DNA of 63,132 nucleotides, filler included, from Rhabdomonas costata (lineage: Eukaryota): the NCBI GenBank assembly GCA_019059605.1. It is 54 parts of 54 records of this genome, joined end to end, with 100 filler letters (N's around TTAATTAATTAA, not from the genome) between each part and the next. Parts side by side here need not be neighbours in the genome. Positions count along the whole stretch, not along the records: positions 35,131 to 36,201 come from JAHMHO010030174.1; positions 36,302 to 37,372 come from JAHMHO010030175.1; positions 37,473 to 38,545 come from JAHMHO010030176.1; positions 38,646 to 39,716 come from JAHMHO010030177.1; positions 39,817 to 40,887 come from JAHMHO010030178.1; positions 40,988 to 42,057 come from JAHMHO010030179.1; positions 42,158 to 43,228 come from JAHMHO010030180.1; positions 43,329 to 44,399 come from JAHMHO010030181.1; 46 more parts are not named here. One strand, given 5' to 3'. How positions within the stretch are numbered: position 1 is the stretch's first letter; each line of letters begins with the position of its first letter. A model generated the notes under the pieces. It was given only the letters and a program-made list of their open reading frames with translations. It was not told the origin of the DNA and did no database searches. This document shows positions 35,402 to 47,780 of the stretch, piece by piece. The translations under genes and the position numbers were made by a program.

Positions 35402-35531
35402 TGTAAGAAGATTTGAGCCACTGGTAAGCCTGCTGAGCCTCTGGTGTGGTGTACCCCACTGTTGTAAGAGGATTTGAGCCACTGGTAAGTAAGTATGTTG
35501 AGAATCTGGTATAAGAGTTCTTGAGCCACAG
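35402..35531 (+). repeat. Degenerate ~20-nt minisatellite with TGAGCCACTGGTAAG core
   Basis: Two near-identical 27-mers (35402-35428, 35463-35489) plus diverged units between and after them. Confidence 0.75.
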
Positions 35532-35813
35532 TGCAAATAACTTGCGTAATGCGACACCAAGTCAAAGCAAAACAGTCAACCTGACCGATCGGATCCGCAT
35601 TCCTTTAATTCCCCCCCCAAAAAAAAAAACAGCACTGGCAAAAAGTGCGCCTGTCATTGCAGAACAACACGTAAATCCAGAAGTACAGTCCCGCATCGGG
35701 AAAAGGGAAAACGGAACAGGGAATGGTGCTCCGAGAAAAGCACTCCCACCACAGCAGCTGCACCGTTAAAGGATGACCATGAAACGCTTCCCAGGCGAGA
35801 GAAAACGAGGCGG

Positions 35814-35936
35814 TCAAAAGGTCTCCTGCTTCACTATGTCCGAGAGAACGCGCCGATATGACGGATGCACCACCTCTGCAGGTCGTCCGATGGACAGCAG
35901 GGCGACCGGCTTCAGCCCCCACGGAGAGCGCACTAC
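35814..35936 (-). CDS. Nitroreductase-family protein, last exon
   Basis: VVRSPWGLKPVALLSIGRPAEVVHPSYRRVLSDIVKQETF*, the typical PVAxxxIGxP...R.PLxxIV C-terminus; too short for the ORF track. Confidence 0.8.
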   Translation of the reverse strand, partial: VVRSPWGLKPVALLSIGRPAEVVHPSYRRVLSDIVKQETF

Positions 35937-36301
35937 CTGGTGTCCGTCACATCGAGCGACATTGAAACGTAGAGAAAACTCATCTGTGGAATGTGTGCTT
36001 CACACATCCGTACAGACGGTAAAAATTACATACAAGAAGCCTCTTCTAAAAGGAGGCATCCGAAGTTGCCTACGATAATTGCCGCCCATTGCCACATCCA
36101 CACTGAGGAAAGCTGCACGGGGTGGAATGGAGCATCCACGCTGCAAAAATAGATCAACTAATGAAAATACCCGGGCCACACGTTTTCCATACCCACCAAC
36201 CNNNNNNNNNNNNNNNNNNNNNNNNNNNNNNNNNNNNNNNNNNNNTTAATTAATTAANNNNNNNNNNNNNNNNNNNNNNNNNNNNNNNNNNNNNNNNNNN
36301 N

Positions 36302-36808
36302 ACCGCCTCACTCTGGCGCGGCTGGAGCTTTTCGGGTTGTTCTCGTACAAGGAGGAGTCGGATAAAGGCAAAGAAGCAGACAAGCCAAAGGGCGATGGCA
36401 AGACAAGTCGGTAGGCAGAAAAGAAATGCACATGATGATGATAGATAGATATAAAAGTGTATTCTGTCAAGATGCTATTCTCGGAGGGACGTCGATGTTT
36501 TCCAAGAGCCAGTTGAAGGTGCATTCTTTTTGCTTGCAGAACCACAGGTCTTTCTGCAAGGCGCTGCAAAGCGCAGCTGGCGTAGTGTGACGCTCCTTTC
36601 TTTCTTTCTTTTTTTATGCATCATGCTATTTTTTTGACTTGGACGAAACGCTTCCTGTTGTGCGGCTCTGTTTTCGTCCTTTCACTTAGTGTTCCCGGTG
36701 GCAGAGCAAATTGGAAACAGGACTTGCCGCTCACAGCTTTACGGTATAAGGTCCAGGGGCTATTTATGGAACATCCGAGGGACAAATTATCATTCCGTGT
36801 TGCAACGG
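36302..36808 (+). CDS. Two exons (36302-36410, 36705-36808), unknown protein
   Basis: Phase-compatible GT-AG join, RLTLARLELFGLFSYKEE...KTSRANWKQDLPLTALRYKVQGLFMEHPRDKLSFRVAT. Confidence 0.55.
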
Positions 36809-37492
36809 GTGCCTTGTTGACCTTCAACATTCTGAGCATCGATGTGCTTCTGCCTTGCTGTTGCTAAGTTGACTCCCTGTGAGGATGCCTTAAGATTTGG
36901 AGAAGGGTTCGGTTTCCCGGGGGTGGCGGGCTTACCACTTGGCCGGGACAGCCAGTGTGAGAAGGTGCCCAGTCCGACATTTTGAACGTACATTTGCTGC
37001 TCTCCACAATCACTTTGCATCTCATATTCAAAGTGACTCGGGGAGCTGAGATTACCTCGTGTTAATGCACTTCCGTCAAGTCTGCAGTGCTCTTTTCTAA
37101 CAGCTCGTTCATTGCCTTTCTGTGTCATTTTTTCTTGCATTGTGCCGTCTTGCCTCCTCTGCCTCTCCTTCTTTCTTGCGCACGCGCATCTGCAGTCTCC
37201 TTTTCTTCCTCTCTCCCCGCCTGCTTCTAGTGTTTGGGTGTCCCCTTCTTGTGTGGCTGTGTGCGCCTGTGCACCCTCCCGCACACGGCTCGGGCCACCC
37301 GGTGGCCCTTCTCTACTCTCCCCCCGTACCACCGTTTCGGCAATGCAGCCCTCCCACCGGTGGTTCGGCCCCNNNNNNNNNNNNNNNNNNNNNNNNNNNN
37401 NNNNNNNNNNNNNNNNTTAATTAATTAANNNNNNNNNNNNNNNNNNNNNNNNNNNNNNNNNNNNNNNNNNNNCTCTGCTGGTCTGTGCGCAG

Positions 37493-37756
37493 GTTACTGG
37501 CCTGCTCTTCCGGGGAACAATAGTATTCATGGTGGACACCATCACGGGTTGTCTCCTCGCGAGCTCCACGGGAGGCCAGGACTCCTGGACCAGAACCAAT
37601 GCGACAGAGGCCAACGACACTGCCATCCGGGCCATTGCGCAGGCGCTGTATGACCCGGCGCACGGGGGCTGGGCCGCGTTCATGCGGTACCCCACCGCCA
37701 CCTCCCTTGGTGGGAAGGGGGGCTACCTGGTCTCAGTGCAGAGTATTCTATTCCAG
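37493..37756 (+). CDS. Cache-like extracellular sensor exon of a membrane receptor
   Basis: IVFMVDTITGCLLASSTG...NATEANDTAIRAIAQAL, same pattern as the 34705-35030 exon; 88 codons between AG and GT. Confidence 0.75.
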
Positions 37757-40349
37757 GTGTGTGGGGCGCACGTCATTTTACTCCTCAAAGGGCCCAGCGG
37801 CTTTCGAAGCTATTCGCTATTCTGCGATTTCGAGAGCAAGGTAGATTTGGTTCGTTTAATCGCAAGGATCGGTGGCCGAGTAGAGCAAGTTCCTGGTGCA
37901 GCCGTGGCCATGGGTCAGTTTTTTTTAGGCGTGCTGAGGTGGCATTCTCTCGGATGGAATGCACACTCACTCTCGCATACCAGCTCGGCATCCACATGAG
38001 CTCTCTGTCATGTCACGGTGCTCGCAAACATTATACCGCATAGCTTTTGGGAACCGAGCCTGTTTGCTCAGGGTTGCTCAAGGTTGTTTACAACACATTT
38101 CCAGGGCCTCTTGCATTGTTGGAGGGGAGGTGTGCCTGCAGCCCGCCCCTGTGGCCCGCTCCTGCCCCGTGACACTGGCCTTCGCCTGAAATACGTAATC
38201 TTGCCCCTATTTGTCTGGTAAAGCCCAGCAGCGACATTTCCAAAAAGAAAAAAAGAAAAAGCCAGAATGCTTAGCACTGCTAAACGGTTAGCCTCCCCCC
38301 CCCACACACACACACTTCAAAAATAACACAATTGTCCCAAATGCGAATGTGAAGAAGGAATCGAGGGTAGGGCGTTAGATGCCTTTTCGCCATACACACA
38401 ACCACAGTTTTTCTGTTCCACCCAAAGTTAATCATCCTAGTATATCAGTTCCTGAGTTGGCGCAATTGCGGTATAGCTAACCCCTTGGATCTTTCCCGAA
38501 TCCTAACACAGTTTGCCACCCTAAAAAAAGCATTACAACAACCCCNNNNNNNNNNNNNNNNNNNNNNNNNNNNNNNNNNNNNNNNNNNNTTAATTAATTA
38601 ANNNNNNNNNNNNNNNNNNNNNNNNNNNNNNNNNNNNNNNNNNNNGGGGTGGGGGGACTTCCTCCTCCTCCCAGCCTCCCGCAGCAGGTGCCCTGGCTGG
38701 ACACGCCCGAGAGGAGAGAGTCGAAGAGAAGGGGAGCCCTGGCATCAGCAGCGGCATAGGTGGTGGCGGTGCTGGTGGCTGGGAAGACGCCGACACGGAC
38801 GGTCCATCGTCGGGGCGGCTGATCCCTCGAAAGGGATGAGGGCGTTCAAAGAGTGTCAGTCCAAAGAGACATTCCAGCGCGTTTCGCGTTTTTGCTGTCG
38901 CTCCTGCGGCGGCTGAGCTCCTGTTCTTCTTCGTGTGAGGGGTTCGTAGCGCTCCCTACCATTTGAGTGATGATCGCTTCGCAGGCAAACTTGACCTTAC
39001 GCCTCGGCAGTCGGTGACTTACTGTGAATCACCATACACAGTTGTTCCTGAATCGGCTGAAACCCGTGTACATCAATGCTCAATGCCAGCGGTTCTTGTC
39101 TTTGCTATCACCACCATCATGATGGATGATAGTCGTAATGGTGGCGGTGAGCTGGCAATTACGGGCAATTAGCGATAGGACAGACGCATTCCCCGCTAAC
39201 TTCAGGTTGTCTTTCGCTTTGGAGAGAAGCACTGACAAGATTTCGTAACTGCAGAATTGCAGACCTCCGATTGACCATTGAATGAGATTTGTTGGTCCCA
39301 TTTCAGTGCCATGTACTCTGAGCGTAGGTTTTGCAGCATCGTGGTCTTTCGTGGGCTTACCAGGCCAGAGATGGATGCCCTCTCCGCCGGAGGACATCGT
39401 AGACAGCTTCCCGTGTGCTGCCTTCGTCCCGTGTGCTGCCTTCGATTGGCAGAATTTGACCAACCTTTTTTTACTTCCGCCTTTGATGAATTGCACCCGA
39501 ATTGCAGCACTTAGCTTTCTTTTGATCGCACAACGAAGCTATCCCGACACGATGCACTGACACAGCCGAGGGGAGAAGTCAGAGTGCCTGCCCTTCTCCC
39601 TCTTTCAGCGGAACCTGTATCATATTTGTTATTGCTGAGAAATGGAACAGTGCGTGCACTCGCGCCTGGTGGTGCCGGCACTAATTGTGACCAACAACCC
39701 CAAACCCACCAACACANNNNNNNNNNNNNNNNNNNNNNNNNNNNNNNNNNNNNNNNNNNNTTAATTAATTAANNNNNNNNNNNNNNNNNNNNNNNNNNNN
39801 NNNNNNNNNNNNNNNNGGTGTTTGGGGTAGTGGGGGTTGGGGGGAGGCTTAGAGCGAAAAATACGTGCCAATTAGAATTTACTGAACAGAAAAGTGGTTT
39901 AAGTTTGCTGAGATCCAATTGCACGTGGGTTATCAAGCTAGGCTGCCAATCGAGACAGCGCAGCGTTAAGGGGTCCCGTTTTAAATAAGGAGTTCAACAT
40001 ATCGCGGTGGGCACCGGCCGAGTTGAGGCTTTGAAGAGTATTGTTTATGTTAAGGAAATTAGGTCTTTGAATGGTTTTCTGCTTCGGACAATTGAATTTT
40101 GGAATTTGGGGGGTGGTTGGTAACGTTGTAGGAGTTTCATTGGGTCAACATTATTTCAGGGGCGAGTCCTGCGCAGCCAGAGCGCACGGATGAACTGGGG
40201 GGAAGGGGGGAATGGATTATTTTGTCAGCGCCCCCAAGATGACGTTTTTCTTATAAATTGAATTTTTAGACCGTTTAACTGTGTGAATGTTTAACCTCCC
40301 CTCGAAAATCAATATCTCCCGCAAAAAGGACGTATACTGATTTTCGAAG

Positions 40350-40395
40350 GAAGTTTGCTGGTTCTTGGGAAGGGCTGCCCATGCCAACTTCTTCG
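40350..40395 (+). CDS. Possible micro-exon (EVCWFLGRAAHANFF)
   Basis: GAAG acceptor and strong G|GTGAGT donor. Confidence 0.35.
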
Positions 40396-40993
40396 GTGAG
40401 TGCTACCACCTAATCACCCACCGGAAAGTCGCTCGGGACCGCCCAGTAAATGCTGTGGCACAGGGTTGGCCAGAACACGGACCCGATTGTTCACGTGGTT
40501 GTTGGGGCTCTTTTTGCAGTGCTGGGCAGTGCTTGCCGTTGATGTGGGGTACGTTTACCTCTAGCATGGCCTGCACCAAACGCCTCGTGCGCGTTCACGT
40601 GGGAACTTGTCTTATGTGACACCCGTGGGATCGCATCCCGCCATTCTCTTCCGTGCATGGCATTTTTTGTGCAATTTCCCAGGTGTTTGTTGTCCGTTGT
40701 GTTTTCATTTATTTTCTGCCCTGTTTTTTGTCGTGTGAAATGCATGGTGTCACGAAATGGGCCCCTGTTCACGCCCGTTGAGCGGCCCGTCGAGCTGTTA
40801 GGTGTGCTTTTACGGGATAAACGGCCTGACTACAGTACTGTCAAGGCCCTATGGGCCCTAATGCACTCAAGTTCTACCCCACAAAAANNNNNNNNNNNNN
40901 NNNNNNNNNNNNNNNNNNNNNNNNNNNNNNNTTAATTAATTAANNNNNNNNNNNNNNNNNNNNNNNNNNNNNNNNNNNNNNNNNNNNGGTGGG

Positions 40994-41176
40994 GGTTAGA
41001 GTGAACTGAAGAAAGTTCCATGGAGAAGTCTCGGACCACATTTCCATCCACTGCGCCTTTATCATGTCTGTGAACTGGTAACATGGGTGGAAGTTTGACC
41101 GTTAGCAATCTGGGCGCAGTGGATGTAAATGTTGTCTGAGACGTCTCCCTGGAACTTTCTTCAGTTCACTCTAACC
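40994..41176. repeat. Inverted repeat, 64-bp arms (40994-41057 / 41113-41176), 5 mismatches
   Basis: Outer ~26 bp perfect; inner part diverged. Confidence 0.93.
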
Positions 41177-41317
41177 AGCCAGTCCATAAAGTATTCTAGC
41201 TTTCCTTTTAACTCAGCATCTTTTTCCTGTAGTTTTCTAAGCCCTGCGGCTTCATTTGAGCGTAATCCTGAGACTTCCTTGAAAAAGGCACGTGTAACGT
41301 GGACCACGTTTTGCATA
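41176..41317 (-). CDS. Probable internal exon, coiled-coil-like
   Basis: CTAATTACCAG|...CTG|GTTAGA; MQNVVHVTRAFFKEVSGLRSNEAAGLRKLQEKDAELKGKLEYFMDWL. Confidence 0.45.
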
Positions 41318-44300
41318 CTGGTAATTAGATAGGTCTGGTTATGAGCAATTGTGCAATTGCTTCTCACGGAGGTTTGGGGTAAATTGTGTAATAATTGCTG
41401 TGCTTCGTTATTAGAAGACGAGACTGCGTGGGGAAAGGTAGGTGACTGAGGTGTTACGCTCATTTTTATCTCGGCAATGGTGGGTTTATTTTAAAAGAAT
41501 TTTTTAAACCATGAAAACATTTAGTAAAAAAGCAGTACAAATGAACAAAAACTATAAATAAAGCCATTCCCTTCAAACGCCGTGAGCCAAAAATGAAACG
41601 TAAAGTCTCAAGAAATGACACAAAAAAGAAATTCACACTGGTAGGTAGCCACCATCCTCTGCTACAAGGTGAGAAGGTAATTTCTGTATAAATTTAGTTG
41701 AAAATGCCTCTCTTTCCCAATCACAAAAGAAAAGCGTTAGAAGGCACAAAAAACACATTGTAACGATGGTTTCACTTTGGATTATGTAAAATACTTGAAA
41801 TTGAGAGAATTGAGAAGAGCGTTTAAAAAACTGGAAAATGAAAACAAATAAAATGGGAAATATTTACAACTAGGCGCAACTTTATGTTGCCAGAGTTGGT
41901 TTTTTTGTTTTGCGTGGATCTTTCAGTTTTTTCTAGTGCTATAAAGACAAATGTATTCGTTATTCAGGCAGAGACGCAAGAAAGCCAAACAGCAATTAAA
42001 TGAGAAGAAGACTGTGGAAAACAAAATACAATGGAGAATAAATATGGACACAAAACCNNNNNNNNNNNNNNNNNNNNNNNNNNNNNNNNNNNNNNNNNNN
42101 NTTAATTAATTAANNNNNNNNNNNNNNNNNNNNNNNNNNNNNNNNNNNNNNNNNNNNGTGGTGGTTGTTCGGCGCCCTGCCCGCAGGAGTGTTGGCCGAG
42201 GTCATGCCCACGATCGACTGAGAGATCTGAAGAAAGACAGAGACCTCCTTCGACGACATCTCCCATCCCGAATAGCAACGCCATCAGTAAGGAGGAACTG
42301 AACGATGCAGGATGGACAAGCAAGATGGAGCCTCAATAATATTACTGAGCAGGGCCTCCCAGCGCAGGTCCTAAGAACGGGCGATGTCCCAGTCCCAGTC
42401 CCAGTGCGTGTGCGCATCCCCTCCGTATGCGTGTCCCAGTACGTATATGCTCACAATTGGTAGATGCGTGCTAGCGAGTGTGTGTATCCTTGAGAGTCGG
42501 GATTTCCCCGATGTAGGCTTCGGCACCCCTCCCTCCTGAAAATCCGAATTATTTTGCATTTATTTCAGAGATGAATGACGGTATGGAGAGGTTCTTGCGG
42601 GTCAACCTATGAAATCACTGAAACAATGTGAATGCGTGCCCCATGGCTGAGGTGACGTGGTGACCAGTGATAGTAGCGCAACGCTATCCTCACTCAATCC
42701 ACATCGCCCGAGTCATGCACCCGAAATTGGTGGTTGAAATGAGGGGGGATCTGGACCCAACCCAGCATGCGATGTTGATGATCGATATCGTGGTGCTACT
42801 GTCGATGGTGGCGGCGTAAAATCTCTCCCACTCGGAAGATCTGGAAGCCTTCGGCTTCCAATTTTTACATCCCGAAAGAGTGCCTTTCTCCCTTTCATCC
42901 TTGGGTCCTCCTCAGCGCGAACGTCTGACAAGCTTGCTTCCTCCTTCATCACAGGGGATCACGAAGCCTTGTCCATTGACCTGAAATATAACGTGCAGCG
43001 GAAAACATCGGCAACCACAACCTTATCATCATTCAGTTCCTTTCTTGGTCAAGTCCGTTGTGATTAATTGTGGGAATTTTCAGAGGACATTGGTGACAAA
43101 ACCTAAGGCGAGCTTGCAAACAATGCCCCCCACTTTTCGTGACACCAAACGCATACATCGGGGAATTTGGAGTCGGAAAACTGACAGTTGTAGTAGTCCA
43201 ACCCCGAGTCCGTCACAGCAACAACACANNNNNNNNNNNNNNNNNNNNNNNNNNNNNNNNNNNNNNNNNNNNTTAATTAATTAANNNNNNNNNNNNNNNN
43301 NNNNNNNNNNNNNNNNNNNNNNNNNNNNCGTGCGCAAGTCGATGGAAGAGTTTGACAACCGCAGGGCGTGCGGCCGTTGGGTGGTTCCGGTGCGTGTGGT
43401 TGCTTGGTGTTTCTACGTGGTTCAACGGTGGGGTTCGGGAGTGGAAGTTGGGGTAGGGGTGCGTTTCGGGCGCCTTGGTTGATGAAGCCGGTGGTGTCTT
43501 GAGTCGGTTTCTTTGGTCCTTTGGGTCCCGCGAAGCCAGTCACCACGAAGCATGGGCACGGAGTGGAACCGGGCGGAATTGCAAGGCAACGCCAAAAGTC
43601 TCCGCCACCGGTTGTCCGTGTTGTCATCACGTTTCCCGAAATTAAGCAGTTGTCTTTGCTCTTCCGAGATTCTGCCGCATGGCCGGCACGGGCGTTGGCG
43701 TCGAGGTGCTTGGGATTTGGCGTGCCGACTTTGGGTGGGGATGGGGGTCTGCCGGCTGCGGACTTGAAGCGGGTTTTTTTTGACGGTGCAGGGCGGCGGT
43801 GTGACCTCAGGCTTAATTAATTACGTGCCCTTCCTTTTTGACCGGGCCCTTGCGCAGGATGACTAACGCTGTGGTGTTGCTGGACACAACAAAATTGGTG
43901 AATTACGTGCCGCCACTCACTTCCACAGCCACCAAGGGCTGATGCCCTCAAAAATATATTCAGACTGGGAAGCAAGGGGAGGCCAAGTTCCGCCATCAAC
44001 AACGAAGGCGCTACAACAAGTGACGTGAAATGCAGTGACCGGAGGACATCACAACGAGTTTCAACGAAGCATCCCCAACAAATAAACCGTCGTTGAAGCA
44101 GAATTGGATGCTGGACACACGGCGTCAGCGTGAAAAAGCGCCCGCAACAGTCAAAATGATCAGGTGCTAAACCTCGAGAAAATCCCAAGCCACAGTCGTT
44201 TGAGGACACTTCCGCAATGAAGGTGCCACCACTACCTCCACTTACGTTTTCTTATAAAGTTTAATGCAGATATAAGTCTGGTGGTGATGTGCGATCCAGT

Positions 44301-45403
44301 GGAGGGTTGAAAAAATATAGTGGGAATGGTATGTCAGGTTCCAGAGTGTGGAGTTTCTTCAATGACAGGCACACGACGCTTGTGAGGCATTTTGCATTCN
44401 NNNNNNNNNNNNNNNNNNNNNNNNNNNNNNNNNNNNNNNNNNNTTAATTAATTAANNNNNNNNNNNNNNNNNNNNNNNNNNNNNNNNNNNNNNNNNNNNG
44501 GCACGGAGATCTTATGGAAGTACTTCTTGTTTGAGGTTCGCACGACGATTACATTCTGCTGGGGGTCAACCTGCACGGAAGCAGTTGAATCCTAAAGCCG
44601 AAGCCCCAAGGGAGACCCACAATCGGACTCCTTGTGAGTGGGGCATCGGGACTGCGCAAAATAAACTTACATACGGAAGACCCTGGACCCAGGACGGGCT
44701 ACTGTGCATGGCACATGACAGTCACTGTCCCTCCCAATGAGAACCTCTGCAACAACCGATCAGCATCGCCTCTCAACCCCATTCTAGATCGAGAGTCACC
44801 CAGGGGAAAACGTGCATCCGTTCCTCAACAACTCACAGGTACTGGAATCATGCACGTTCGATTGCCGGAGAGCATTAATTAACCAAACATGGTGTGGCGT
44901 GGCGTGGCGTGGTGTCGAATGTTAAGGTTGGCAGCCAACTTGCATTTTTCAAGGGTTTGCAAGGGTTGCAAGGATGGCGAAGAATCACAAAAAAAAATCG
45001 CTAAAAGGCACAGTCACAAGATGCATGTAACTCTGCATGTACGCTGCATGTAAGCCTGGCGCTTGAAGAGCCCAAGAAACACGTGTTTCATAATTAATCT
45101 GATATTTCTTTAGAATTCCCCAACCCCCCAGCGAAGCCAAATCAAGAGTATCAGGAAAGACTTCTAGAGTATACAGAGTATCTGGTAAAACTTGACCTCC
45201 CACCTGCGGTAGCACGGGCAACACATACACACGACGGACTCATGAATTTTCCTCTGTGACAGCATCAAAGGTCTCTGTCTTAAGATTCGAGCCTTCAGCC
45301 TTCGAGCTTCGAGCGGCAATGGGAAGCGAATACTATACGGATACGGCATGGTACTGGTATACAGAACACCGAGATGATACACACACTGCGCAGGCGGACG
45401 CAC

Positions 45404-45554
45404 CGTGACGGAGTAGGTCGGTGCGGGGTAGGGCAGGTTGCGGATCCTCCACACAAACGCGGCGGCGGTGTCCCGGCGGACGCTGACGGGGTTGACGGAC
45501 GAGGGCACCAGCAGCTCGGCGTCCGTCGTGGAGGCCCCCGCGGCAGCGGGGTCC
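45404..45554 (-). CDS. DPCD: DPCD family protein exon
   Basis: LLVPSSVNPVSVRRDTAAAFVWRIRNLPYPAPTYSVT, matching the DPCD NP.F.RKDT...FQWRIRNLPYP motif; GTGCGT donor. Confidence 0.9.
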
Positions 45555-45939
45555 GCGCCCACCCAAAACCNNNNNNNNNNNNNNNNNNNNNNNNNNNNNN
45601 NNNNNNNNNNNNNNTTAATTAATTAANNNNNNNNNNNNNNNNNNNNNNNNNNNNNNNNNNNNNNNNNNNNGGTGGGGGGGGAAATCCCAGCCCACTACTC
45701 AGGGTCGGTCTTTTTTGTACATCTTCTCTTCACCCGATCCACTGTGTTCCAGGCAGCTCGGAACTAAAACATGAAACACAATTAACCACGGCAGCATAGC
45801 GTTCCGCAGCAAGAACAGAAAGCCGTGAACCTCCTGGAAATGAAACCGGCACCATGAAAAAAGCGGCTTCGGTCTGGCGTAAAATAATGCCTCCCTTCCC
45901 TCCCTTTCCCCGCGGAGAAAGGAAGCGGGCCAGGCGCAC

Positions 45940-46040
45940 CACGGATGTCAATGCTGAGCTTGGACAGGGTGAAGCCGCAGCTCATGCACTGGTCTAACAG
46001 GCTACGCAGCTCGCTGCCCGTCGTGATCAACCCGACGTGC
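45940..46040 (-). CDS. COG8: Conserved oligomeric Golgi complex subunit 8 (Dor1) exon
   Basis: GSELRSLLDQCMSCGFTLSKLSIDIRG resembles the COG8 L.SLL.QCMY.G.S..RVG.DFRG motif; AG/GT boundaries. Confidence 0.7.
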
Positions 46041-47499
46041 CTGCCAGCAAGGTGCAAAAACGCTCTATCTCATATCGTATATAGCACGAGCAAATTGCCC
46101 ATTCTTCGGGCACTTGGAAAACTTCTCCAGCTAAAGGTTTTTAAAGGACTTTTTGAGGCACCAAAAAGACCGATTTACCCAACAGACCAAAATGCAATCG
46201 AATCCCTCGGCCCCAAAAACAATAACGCCAGGGATTCAGCAGCAGAGAACAAAAAAAAATTCAAAATTCAAAATTCAGAGGCAATGCGCGCGCCCGACAA
46301 AGTAATACATGAAGGAAACGATAAATTACAGAGGAATGAGACAACGTGAAGACAAGCAAGGCAGCAGTCTAAATCAATGAGGAACCACGAGAGCAAAGCA
46401 ATCAAAATAAAAAGCTGGGAGAGGGGCCCGTCAAAAAAGGGGGAAGGAAGGAATTTGTGTGAGTTTTTGAGGCCCTCTCGCCGCATTTCCAAGAGCCTGG
46501 TCGACACAACCACACGAAAATAAGACTGGCGGTGTCTGTGTGTTGTAACAGATGATGAAGGAGGATATAGTTCAAAATCCCTGTTTGGTCGTTCTGGGAG
46601 GAGGGGGGGTCTCCCTGCACACCCCTTTCTAAGGGCGCTTTTTGGACCTTTGGAGAGGTGCATGGTACTAAGGTTGCCTAATGAGAAACTTCACGCTGGC
46701 CCGGGTTTGTGCGTGTCTCACAGGCACACCCCAACCACNNNNNNNNNNNNNNNNNNNNNNNNNNNNNNNNNNNNNNNNNNNNTTAATTAATTAANNNNNN
46801 NNNNNNNNNNNNNNNNNNNNNNNNNNNNNNNNNNNNNNACTTGACAACATTGAGTGTCTGCAGATTCTTGTGATTCAAAAGTTTACTCTCACTCTCATTT
46901 CTATAAACTTTGGCATTGAATTTATATTGTGGCAAATTCAAAACATTAGGCTTGCCGCTAATGGGCAATACATAAATGGTTCAATTGAGAGCAAAATTAT
47001 CTGGCAGTATTACAGGAGGATGGTTTGCAAGAGAATTGCAAACTTTTTAGCATCTTTGTGTTACTCCATTCAACTTATATATTCCATCTTGTGTGAATAT
47101 ATACAAGTGATGGCTGACTAAATCGGATATGATGTGCGGGCGGTGTTACTGGTGACACTCGGAGTGTTCCACGTGGATCAGAGAAGCCTCCTCAAGAGGA
47201 ATAGGTACATTGTCTGAGGATGACCTTGTCTCACTGAATTGGCCTAAAGTCTCACATCTTAGTAGAATCTTGATTATAGATTCAGAGGTTGTAAACAGTG
47301 CAGTGTACAGTACTTTGCACGTTTTCCAAAATTACAAAATAACATCGAATGAATTACTTTTGGACTAAGACCAGCCATCGCGTCTGATGTAATTGCACAA
47401 CGGTTGATGATGGATATAATTCTGAAGCAACGTTACCAACGCAGCAGCATAGTTTGAGTTACCTGAGTCTCGCGTTGCAGGCTTCAGTATAATTTACAC

Positions 47500-47780
47500 A
47501 GACATGAAAAACCTTTTATATATGTTTAACAAGGATATGTCAGAGATTGGTATTGGTGCACTCTGTAGCAGTTGGCTTCCGAGTGCTTTGGAAGTGCCTG
47601 GAGCTCAATGAAGCTTAACAAGGCGCAAGAGAATTACCACGTGCACGAAAAGGAGATGCTAGTACTGGTGGACGCATTGTGGCATTGGAGGCGTTACCTG
47701 ATGGGATCAGATGTCGGAGGCCATTCAACCCTGCGGTATCTCGAGAATTCAGCACTCCACTCTGTGATCCAGGTGCGGTA
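47500..47780 (+). mobile_element. Decayed Ty3/Gypsy RNase H
   Basis: DMSEIGIGAL...SMKLNKAQENYHVHEKEMLVLVDALWHWRRYLMG...HSTLRYL, with frameshifts. Confidence 0.85.

Noticed and set aside
35402-35531. CRISPR-like 27-nt repeat with 34-nt spacer
   Set aside because: The spacers contain decayed copies of the repeat core, there are only two good copies, no cas genes, and the context is eukaryotic; it is a minisatellite.
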